Source: Octopus sinensis (lineage: Eukaryota). From it: a stretch of DNA of 64,000 bases. Shown piece by piece: positions 12,931 through 22,350 of the stretch; the first letter of the stretch is position 1; the number at the start of each line of letters is the position of its first letter. Below the pieces are notes generated by a model. The model ran no database searches. It had not been told where the DNA came from and saw only the letters and a program-made list of their open reading frames with translations. The stretch is taken from positions 20,956,001 through 21,020,000 of the forward strand of contig NC_043015.1 in NCBI RefSeq assembly GCF_006345805.1, given 5' to 3'. A program made the position numbers and the translations under genes.

Positions 12931-15016
12931 TGCATACACGGTTATGTAACAAAGCATCTCGTACACCAATGCCAAGCAAAACATAAATATTCTCTACACA
13001 TTGAAGCAGGGAGTAATGTGGTTTAATACACCTTACAACATAATCATAGCCATCGTTATGCTATAAAGCCATTTCTAATCCGACAACACTTCCAACCTAG
13101 GTAATGGTAATCCAAATTCTTTTATATTGATATCGCTATTGTTCCATTAATAATATTACTTCTCTTATTTGTTATCACATTCTAAAACGCAACTTTAAGT
13201 AAGTCTCACCACATTAAGCATTCAGTATAGAATTCCAGCTATCGCTTAGAGCAAATATCGGAGAAATTTTTATATCATTAACGTCTTCATAGAACCTTTG
13301 ATAATTTATCAACCCCCATTATGTAAATGTCTTAAAATTAAAATATATAATTTATAAAGAAATTCTTGATAAAATAATAATAATCCTTTCGTTCATTTGA
13401 ATCATTGCCGATTTTTATTAAGAAAAATTAAATAAATTTAATGAAAATGCTTAACAAAATTGATGAAGAATAAAGTGTCAGCTATATTACATTGATGTTC
13501 TTGGAATATTTAATGTGAAATATGTATTTGGTAAATACTAGTTATTGCATCAATATTTGGTTGGAAATTACATCGATTTAGCCTTAAGTTACTGAGTTCT
13601 TTCAAAGAGAGTTCACTAATAAGTCAGCACACTTAATGAAAATCCTTTCAGGTGTTGATCGACCATTTTGGATAACCGAAGAGACCGCTAGGAATCACTG
13701 TCGACCACTTTGAGGACCTTTAACTTAGAGCAACACCTCTCGTCAAAGAGATGGTTCCAGGACAAACTCTCATTATAGAAAGAAGAAATATATTTGACTC
13801 ACCGCAAGCACGTTTAACCTTTAAAAACAGATTCTAACATCAAAAACATTCATTCAAGTCGAATAACAAGTAATAATTCAGGTCTTTGTCTCAAATTGTT
13901 TCCAACAACAAAAGTGACAAATGTGTACTTGTATCAATAACGTAGCAAACCCCATATAACAGTGGCACGACACTGTTATCAATTCTTTACTAAGACATTC
14001 ACTAACCTAATACAAGCATTCATTGCTGGTATGAAACGTGTTGGCTCGGTCGTTTTAGTGCCGTCTATTTGCAGTCATTGATGTGTAATGACACGAGACG
14101 TTTTAATGTTTCTCTTGGTTTTATGCTTTTCGCCTTCTCTCCTCCACTCCTCCCTCTCTCCGTATGAAGAATGGAAGGTGTTTATGTGAGTCGTGTTCAG
14201 ATCATAAATTGTCATAAATCTCTTTCCTCCTTCCATCCATCTCTCTTTGCATATGTCTATTTCTGCGTATGCACTTTCATCAAACAGGTCCAGTGTTCAG
14301 TTAGTCATACCAAATCGCCAGGGTCCAAACAGCAGCACTTATTCGTCGACAGAACTAAAAGATTTCTTTACTGTTATAGAAGTCAAAACATTGAAGACAA
14401 CAACCGTCTTTTTGACGCCAGGTGACACTCTCTAAGCGTCCCTTGAGTTGTTGAACGGTAAATCCAGTTACTTTCCCACACACTGTTGCATCGGAAGTAG
14501 CCAGAACCTAAATAACCTTCCTGATCTGTATTTCTAACAACCAATTGAGCAGTCTTGATATATAACTGTTCTTTAAATGTCGATAGAGTTAGCTAAAACC
14601 AAGGTAATCACTCCACACAACAAAACCAACATCAGCTTGTATGCTTACGCAGCAACAGCCGATGCTTTTAAATATGTGTATACAAAATTATTCTTAGTTC
14701 ATCCATATACCATTGTCGTAGTCTTATACTTTAGTTATAAATGCAGTTTTCCATAGAATGTAGTGAAATACACAGGCGTAACATTGTGCATATTGTTGTA
14801 ACTTACTTGCACTATCTCTAACACTAACTCGATAAATCAACCGCCTGATTAGTGTGGAATGTTGAATCGAAGCTAATCGAACAGTTCTCGCGTAAGAGAC
14901 AGATAAAACCTTATTAGTATAGAGATGTTAAATGAACGTTTAACAAGCAAATATATATGATCACATTCAGGATTTAACCGTGTACTCCGTCTCCACATGT
15001 ATATATATAAATATAA

Positions 15017-15056
<40 letters not shown>

Positions 15057-15060
<4 letters not shown>

Positions 15061-15366
15061 ATAAAACGGTAAGATAACAAAAGAAAGAAAGAGACCTCAA
15101 TATTATGTAAATAGAGGAAATTTATCTATCCGCCGGGACTGGCTGCTTGTCCCGTCGATGCGCGGATCATAACCTTACCTGAACGCCCGGTGATTTAAGT
15201 GGACGGTGCCACCATGCACCGGAGGGTGCGCGCTTGGTGGACCCATCTGACCATCCCAAAGTGCGGCTATAATTGGTGTGGTGAAGAGGTGACTGACTAT
15301 TGCAGAAACTACTGCGCATCGCAGGACACGTACCCACACATTAACACCCGTCCACTAATGTAACAT

Positions 15367-15370
<4 letters not shown>
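15057..15370. mobile_element. Small PLE-derived insertion: 72-bp PLE tail/5'UTR (minus) + 225-bp foreign GC-rich segment + 15-bp pLTR piece (plus), flanked by (TA)n
   Basis: 15057-15117 is identical to 18619-18677, and 15057-15129 is the reverse complement of ~20199-20270 except near the outer end. 15356-15370 TAATGTAACATATTG matches 20183-20197. The middle has no match to the PLE in this window. Confidence 0.75.
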
Positions 15371-15406
<36 letters not shown>

Positions 15407-16058
15407 TTTCTTTTAAAACCTTTTGTCACTTTATGTTTTGAATATATCTCAGCTCATGACAGCCTCTGTATTTGCTGTAAACTAATCAACATGCAAGAAT
15501 GTTGTTATTAGTACACTAAAATACATTAATATCATTCATATTTGTGCCAAAATAAATACAGTGCTTTCCCTTAAGATTTGCTTTTCATTTATTTAGAAAA
15601 TTCGCTATTCAGTCAACAGCTTCACTGGGAATAAAGCAACATCAGTTGAAGATTTTCCAATTCGCCATCGCTTTTTTTTTATTCCAAGTTGAAAAGAGGA
15701 GGAAGAGTAGGAAAAAATGTGTTTACTGACATAGTTTCTACTATTTTGTTAAACTACTGCAAACATCAGTTTCTCTCTTTTTCATTCACTTTCCTATCTG
15801 TGTGCTCACTGTCTTCCCCTATCTCTTTTCATTGTCAATTATATTTCTTTCACAACTAACTCTGCCATCTTTCTCTCTGTGTCTCATATATATATATATA
15901 ACATTTTCTTCATATTTACATGTATTCTTTCACATTTTGCTTTATTGGCATGAAACGCAACTAATGAGGTTATAAACACATGAAATTAAATATCTTAAAA
16001 CACATTTACACTTTCACACAAATGTACATAATGTGTAGTCACAGAAATATATGAATGA

Positions 16059-16097
<39 letters not shown>

Positions 16098-16125
16098 ATC
16101 AATATGTTACATTACTCGGTAGTCA

Positions 16126-16188
16126 AGATAAAACTCTGAGTTTCAGATGCCGAAGTGGAAATCCACAACACCATCTCTTCGGTTATCT
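16126..16188 (-). ncRNA. Identical variant hammerhead-like motif in the PLE 3' pLTR (left arm)
   Basis: Exact reverse complement of 20109-20171. Confidence 0.6.
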
Positions 16189-16388
16189 GGCTATTTGAAA
16201 ACGTTATGAAAAATACCGTTAAAAATGAAGGGAAATTACTCTGTTATAACTCTGCTTTGCCTGCGTACTTATACATCGCTCGCATTTTTCGTCATAAAAA
16301 TTATATAAAAATACATAAAAATATATAAAATATATAAAATATATAAAATATATAAAATCTTCTTGGGACATAACACAGAAAGCATGTT

Positions 16389-18513
16389 CTATCCGTTTTC
16401 TTTAGGGGACCAAAAACGTAACAGAATTTAGTCACATGTGGGCATGATCCGAAAAGCTCTGTCCTTGTATTTAGACATGTGGTAGGGTCTAAGCTGCTTT
16501 TCCAGATAAGCCATCTCTCCATGTCGCATAAACCGCACCTTCCGCTGCCGTTAGTATAGGGCTTACATCTGGCCAAAATCTTCCATTGTATGTTATAATC
16601 GACACCTTTATCTCTTAAAGACCAAATATGATTGGATAATTGTGTCGCTTTTCTTTTGTTCCAGTGCCTAAAGCTCAAAGTGTGGTTATTGAACCTGGCC
16701 TTGAAATTACCCTCTGTCAGGCCCACGTATTTCTTCGTCGAAACGGTGTCTTTAGTGGTTATAGAGTTTACGGTAGCTTCATATATGATGGTCTTGGACA
16801 TGCAAGCTCCATTTAGCGGGCACAATTCTTTATTCCTGCATGAACAGCTGTTTTCTTCTTGTGTTTTTTGTATGTTATGATTGATTATGTTTTTAAAAAT
16901 TGGTAGTTGAACTAAAACTAATTTTTAAATTGTGTCTATTAAAGAGTTTCCTATAAGCATGGTTAACTGGAAAATGTCTATCTATCAGTGCTAGGAAATA
17001 TTTACCTATATTGAAGGCCACCTCGGGTGAGTAAGGGGCGTAAAACCAGATGACCTTCCTATTTCTATTATTCCTTTTCCTTATTGTTGGGCTGGTGATA
17101 GGTGTATATTTTATTTTTTCGCTAAAACCACTATCTTTTAAAGCTTTATTATAAACTGGGGCAACGCTATTGAAGATGTCCTCATTAGATGAGAGGCTAG
17201 AAATCCTCTTACTAATATTTTTAACTAAATTTTTGAATACTATAGGGGGATGGCATGAACCTACATTAATATAACTTAGTCTATCATTGGGCTTCCTATA
17301 AGGCTTATAAATATTATTATTAAGATCTAAGGAAACGTCTAAGAATTGACAACCGTCAGGTTAGTGTCTATAGTTATACTAAGTCCGAAGTGTTTCATTA
17401 ACTGGATAATATCCTTCCTAAAACGATCTTGTGCTGGTCCATTTGTATTAGCTGTTAAGGCGAGGGCATCATCTTTGTAGATGGCGAAATGTACGTTAGG
17501 GAATGTCTTACCGAAGGTATCTAGGAGAAAGAGTCCAATTAGATCACAGATGCCTGCCCCATCATATGAACCCATGCTCACATCGAAAGCGCCCTCCGTG
17601 TCGGTGTTTTTTACCCACTTTGCATTCTCACTGAAAAGTAATGTCTTTCTAGCATGGAAGATTATATCCTTATCATTGGTACTAATTTCTATGAAGTCAC
17701 TAGCGAAGATTAGGGCTTTATCTAGCAGTTCTTTAGAGATAGAGGCATAAAAATCAACAATATCGAATTGTGTAAACCTCGCTTTTTTCTTATTCTTAAT
17801 AGCTTTAAACCAGTCTACGACTTCTATACTATTGGACCATTGCACTAGCCTAGTATCGGTCTTAATTTTCGTATTTATTTTATCTAAAATTTCTTTGCTA
17901 ATAATCCCTAGTTCTGACTTGGCTGGGTTGATAAGCCTACATTTAGGGTTGGAAAGGAAGTTTTCTTTGTGGTCTTTAATAGTAATAAAGGCCTCTTTTT
18001 GGGGGAGGGTTTCTATTTTTTTATCTAATTTAAGTTTAGCGGCGATGACGCTAGCTTCTTTATTAATTTCGTTATATGTCTGTGCCCTAGCCTTAGTATA
18101 ATTATTAATGATGCTGTTGTGTAAGAGTTGTGTGTATTTGCTGTTATCTACCAGGTATAAGTTCTTGGTTTTATCCGAAAAAAGTGCTTTTTCTTGGAGC
18201 TTTTTATATGATCAATATCTTTTTTCAATTTATGTTGGAAATTGTTAAAAGACTTACGAAACTTTATTTTGCTCATGATCTTCAGCAGGTCCGCTTCGAA
18301 ATCTTCCAAGCCTTTAATCCTAGGAGGGAATTTTTTGGATTTTATCCGATAGCAAATGTTTTCCTTGGTGTTCGCTTCTGTGTCAAAAAAGAAAGCCTTC
18401 CATCTCATACGCTTAATTACATCAGTAATTTTTTGCAGAAGTTTCTTAGAGTAAAAATCCTTTGATGGGATCGGTATATTTTTCATAGAATAATCTATGT
18501 GATATGCGTCCAT
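16389..18513 (-). pseudogene. PLE polyprotein (RT + C-terminal GIY-YIG endonuclease), ~708 aa after repairing four 1-bp indels
   Basis: N-term MDAYHIDYSMKNIPIPSK...KRMRWKAFFF. RT motifs FDIVDFYASI, MGSYDGAGICDL, YKDDAL. Thumb region KPYRKPND..YINVGSCHPP. Endonuclease CPLNGACMSKTIIYEATV...KYVGLTEGNFKARFNNH...CGLCDMERWLI...LNTRTE...CPH. Frame breaks at ~18178-18192, 17343-17347, 16895-16899 and 16425-16426, all in A/T runs. Stop TAG at 16391-16389. Confidence 0.92.
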
Positions 18514-18674
18514 ATTAGATTCTTTTGTTTGTGAGAGTCCTCAACCGATGTTAGGCGATAATCCCAAAAAGGTCGTATTAGCTCTTAGTTGAGAATAACG
18601 TCGTCCGGGAGGTGATTTATTGATAAAACGGTAAGATAACAAAAGAAAGAAAGAGACCTCAATATTATGTAAAT

Positions 18675-19915
18675 AGACATTACTTTTCAGTGAGAATGCA
18701 AAGTGGGTAAAAAACACCGACACGGAGGGCGCTTTCGATGTGAGCATGGGTTCATATGATGGGGCAGGCATCTGTGATCTAATTGGACTCTTTCTCCTAG
18801 ATACCTTCGGTAAGACATTCCCTAACGTACATTTCGCCATCTACAAAGATGATGCCCTCGCCTTAACAGCTAATACAATGGACCAGCACAAGATCGTTTT
18901 AGGAAGGATATTATCCAGTTAATGAAACACTTCGGACTTAGTATAACTATAGACACTAACCTGACGGTTGTCAATTTCTTAGACGTTTCCTTAGATCTTA
19001 ATAATAATATTTATAAGCCTTATAGGAAGCCCAATGATAGACTAAGTTATATTAATGTAGGTTCATGCCATCCCCCTATAGTATTCAAAATTTAGTTAAA
19101 AATATTAGTAAGAGGATTTCTAGCCTCTCATCTAATGAGGACATCTTCAATAGCGTTGCCCCAGTTTATAATAAAGCTTTAAAAGATAGTGGTTTTAGCG
19201 AAAAAATAAAATATACACCTATCACCAGCCCAACAATAAGGAAAAGGAATAATAGAAATAGGAAGGTCATCTGGTTTACGCCCCCTTACTCACCCGAGGT
19301 GGCCTTCAATATAGGTAAATATTTCCTAGCACTGATAGATAGACATTTTCCAGTTAACCATGCTTATAGGAAACTCTTTAATAGACACAATTTAAAAATT
19401 AGTTTTAGTTCAACTACCAATTTTAAAAACATAATCAATCATAACATACAAAAAGCTGTTCATGCAGGAATAAAGAATTGTGCCCGCTAAATGGAGCTTG
19501 CATGTCCAAGACCATCATATATGAAGCTACCGTAAACTCTATAACCACTAAAGACACCGTTTCGACGAAGAAATACGTGGGCCTGACAGAGGGTAATTTC
19601 AAGGCCAGGTTCAATAACCACACTTTGAGCTTTAGGCACTGGAACAAAAGAAAAGCGACACAATTATCCAATCATATTTGGTCTTTAAGAGATAAAGGTG
19701 TCGATTATAACATACAATGGAAGATTTTGGCCAGATGTAAGCCCTATACTAACGGCAGCGGAAGGTGCGGTTTATGCGACATGGAGAGATGGCTTATCTG
19801 GAAAAGCAGCTTAGACCCTACCACATGTCTAAATACAAGGACAGAGCTTTTCGGATCATGCCCACATGTGACTAAATTTCTGTTACGTTTTTGGTCCCCT
19901 AAAGAAAACGGATAG
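18675..19915 (+). pseudogene. 5'-truncated inverted copy of the same PLE ORF (mid-RT to GIY-YIG C-terminus ...CPHVTKFLLRFWSPKENG*)
   Basis: ORF-track pieces 18740..18922, 19065..19490 and 19478..19915 match the minus copy. Interrupted by 1-bp A deletions (~18878, ~19087-19090) and a 16-bp deletion at 19454/19455. Confidence 0.92.
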
Positions 19916-20108
19916 AACATGCTTTCTGTGTTATGTCCCAAGAAGATTTTATATATTTTTATATATTTTTATATATTTTTATATATTTTTATATATTTTT
20001 ATGACGAAAAATGCGAGCGATGTATAAGTACGCAGGCAAAGCAGAGTTATAACAGAGTAATTTCCCTTCATTTTTAACGGTATTTTTTCATAACGTTTTC
20101 AAATAGCC

Positions 20109-20171
20109 AGATAACCGAAGAGATGGTGTTGTGGATTTCCACTTCGGCATCTGAAACTCAGAGTTTTATCT
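20109..20171 (+). ncRNA. Variant type I hammerhead-like ribozyme motif in the PLE 3' pLTR (right arm)
   Basis: Stem I AGATAA(20109-14)/TTATCT(20166-71); core CCGAAGA (U4 replaced by C); stem II GATG/CATC with inner GTGGA-TT-TCCAC hairpin; one extra T before GAAA(20153-56); stem III CTC-A-GAG (near-palindromic, dimer type); predicted GUU cleavage after 20165. Confidence 0.6.
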
Positions 20172-20266
20172 TGACTACCGAGTAATGTAACATATTGTAT
20201 AGATAAATTTCCTCTATTTACATAATATTGAGGTCTCTTTCTTTCTTTTGTTATCTTACCGTTAAT

Positions 20267-20303
<37 letters not shown>

Positions 20304-20306
<3 letters not shown>

Positions 20307-20462
20307 CTAATCCAAATGAAAACACAACGCGAGGACGTGGAACAAGTATAGTGTTATTGGATGCTCAGGAGAGAAGGAGAGTTTAACGTTTCCAGCGGAG
20401 CTCTTCGTCAGAAACATAGGAAGAGGAATGATCCCAAAAAATCGCGAACGGTACACACGTGG

Positions 20463-20463
<1 letters not shown>
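20304..20463 (-). mobile_element. Solo pLTR of a second PLE-like family containing a minimal hammerhead
   Basis: Discrete non-repetitive block between two (TA)n tracts that contains the minimal hammerhead at 20381-20415. Confidence 0.6.
20381..20415 (-). ncRNA. Minimal type I hammerhead motif, probably one substitution from functional
   Basis: Minus strand GTTT-CTGACGA-A-GAG-CTCCG-CTG-GAAA-CG-TT-AAAC: stem I GTTT/AAAC, palindromic ACGT stem III, GUU site. The first stem II pair is G.G instead of G-C. Confidence 0.65.
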
Positions 20464-20500
<37 letters not shown>

Positions 20501-20748
20501 TATATATATTATATATATATATATTATATATATATGAATATATATATATAAATAGGTGAATGAATTATCCTATGTTTATCGTCAGCATGGAAAATTCTTT
20601 TAACCGAAACCTGGGTAGCACATTCACGTCAGAAACACGGTTGAAGCGAACTGTCCAAGGGTAGAAACTCCGGGTTCGTGTGCAGAAATTTGTGTGTTGT
20701 ATATGAATAAATGAAAGAATGGAGACGAACGAAGATGTTAAGAAGATT

Positions 20749-20841
20749 CCTTTACTCTCGACATATGTTTCGAAGACAACATGTTTTCATTCCAAAGGAA
20801 TAAAGGGTGCATTATGCAATCTTCTCATCAGGAAAGAAAGG
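20749..20841 (-). ncRNA. Second copy of the canonical type I hammerhead, opposite strand
   Basis: Exact reverse complement of 20976-21068. Confidence 0.88.
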
Positions 20842-20975
20842 GAGCCTCTCTCGACAACAAGACATCTTTGACGTCAATTCTTCTAACGGTTTTTTTAAAA
20901 AACACTCATTATCGTTTTGTTTACCATGTAGCCAGTCATCGAAATTTTTGTTTGTCTTGTTGCCGAGAGAGGCTC

Positions 20976-21068
20976 CCTTTCTTTCCTGATGAGAAGATTG
21001 CATAATGCACCCTTTATTCCTTTGGAATGAAAACATGTTGTCTTCGAAACATATGTCGAGAGTAAAGG
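20976..21068 (+). ncRNA. Type I hammerhead ribozyme with fully canonical core
   Basis: Stem I CCTTT-CTTTC(20976-85)/GAGAG-T-AAAGG(21058-68); CTGATGA(20986-92); stem II GAAGAT/GTCTTC with extended loop; GAAA(21046-49); palindromic stem III ACATATGT; GUC cleavage after 21057. Confidence 0.88.
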
Positions 21069-21134
21069 TATTTTGTTAACATCTTCGTTCGACTCCATTC
21101 TTTCATTTATTCATATATATATATATATATACAC

Positions 21135-21179
<45 letters not shown>

Positions 21180-21559
21180 TATATACATATATATATATAT
21201 ATATGTATGTATGTATGTATGACCACAGCCTTAGGGATAAAACGTATAAAGGAATGCACAGACACACACACACACACACATACACACACACAATCCATAG
21301 TTGCACTCCCCAGTTAACATCACCTTTTTCATAGGGATATTTAGAAGAAAAGGCATATGTGTACGTACATTATATACATGGAATATTATAATAAAGATGT
21401 GAAACTAATGAAACGACGATATCACATGGTGATAAGGATAATGGTGGCGATATTTATCACGATGAGGATTACAATGTTATTGAGGACGGCTCCGATGATT
21501 ATCATCACAAAGGGGATATTTAAAGAGATGAACCTTTGTCGCTGTTAGAACTAGCAACA

Positions 21560-22350
21560 TGATATGTACCAAAAAATGGGACATACCTAAAAACATTTAA
21601 GAAACAAGATGAAGAACAAAAATTAGACAACGGGAAAATTAAAGCATGGCATGGGCAATAACTGGAGAAAGAAATCAAAGAGAAAGATAAGACCAACACT
21701 GGAAGTGGCTAAGAAAAGGAGATCCGAAAGGATGCATCGAGCGCTCAGGAACAAGCTCTGAGGACTAATTACAAGTTCCAAATAGATAAGAAAAGGGAAT
21801 CACCACTTCGTAGGATGTGTGGTAGAAAAATCGAAACACTATTACATGTGAGTGGGTGTATCAAGCTGGACCAAAAGCACTACAAAAGGAGGTATGATAA
21901 CGTGGCTAAGTTTGTTCACTTGAGATTGTGGGAGAAGTACGGTCTTGGAAGAACATGAAATATGAATAACATACTAATATGACCCAGAAGGCGTCACTAA
22001 GAATGATAAGTATAAGATTTTTTGGGATTTTACAATCCCCTGTGACTCAGTGATTGATTCCCGAAGACCAGGCATTGTTGTACTGGGTAGGGAGAAAAAG
22101 GAAACTAAGATCATAGATATTGCCATAACTTGGGACGTACATGTGGGTGACAAAGAGCTCGAAAATGTCGAAAAGTTACTAAAACAGGAAATTGCAAGAA
22201 TGTGGACAATGAAGAGTAACTGCCATTCCAGTAATTGTTCGTGCTCCACTGGGAGCACGAACAACCAGCATTGAGAAATGTAACGGAGAAACTGGAAGTG
22301 ACATGATAGAAGAGCATGCTCTAAAAACGGCTCAGCTGTGGACAACGAAG
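21560..22350 (+). mobile_element. Degraded 3' part of an R4/Dong-clade non-LTR retrotransposon (zinc knuckle + restriction-like endonuclease)
   Basis: Broken frames read RMCGRKIETLLHV, KHYKRRYDNVAKFVHLRLWEKYG and PEGVTKNDKYKIFWDFTIPCDSVIDSRRPGIVV...KIIDIAITWD, matching the CCHC + RHD/RRPD/IDI REL-domain pattern. The catalytic PD has decayed to PG. Confidence 0.8.

Larger units (their letters stand above)
16093..20270. mobile_element. Penelope-like retroelement (PLE) composite insertion: minus-strand ORF-complete copy (16093-18677) fused head-to-head to an inverted 5'-truncated plus-strand copy (18675-20270), in (TA)n
   Basis: 16100-17646 is the near-identical reverse complement of 18675-~20200. 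The arms join via a 3-nt AGA microhomology at 18675-18677. Both outer ends abut (TA)n. It encodes RT and GIY-YIG motifs. Inverted partial-tandem architecture is characteristic of PLEs. Confidence 0.93.
20701..21116. mobile_element. ~415-bp foldback element (two ~163-bp inverted arms, ~88-bp spacer); head-to-head mini-PLE / retrozyme-like insertion
   Basis: 20701-20863 is the near-perfect reverse complement of 20953-21116 (about 6 mismatches). The right end runs into (TA)n. Each arm holds a complete hammerhead. Confidence 0.85.

Noticed and set aside
14288-14421. Candidate internal exon (cag|...CCAG|gtgaca), open in two frames
   Set aside because: No recognisable protein, weak donor and no partner exons; needs RNA-seq.
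15170-15325. U1 snRNA-like colinear motifs (CTTACCTG, CCATGCAC, CCCAAAGTG, ATAATTGGTG)
   Set aside because: Spacing does not fit U1 stem-loops I-IV, there is no GAUCAC loop, and the Sm site is imperfect; not supportable without an Infernal hit.
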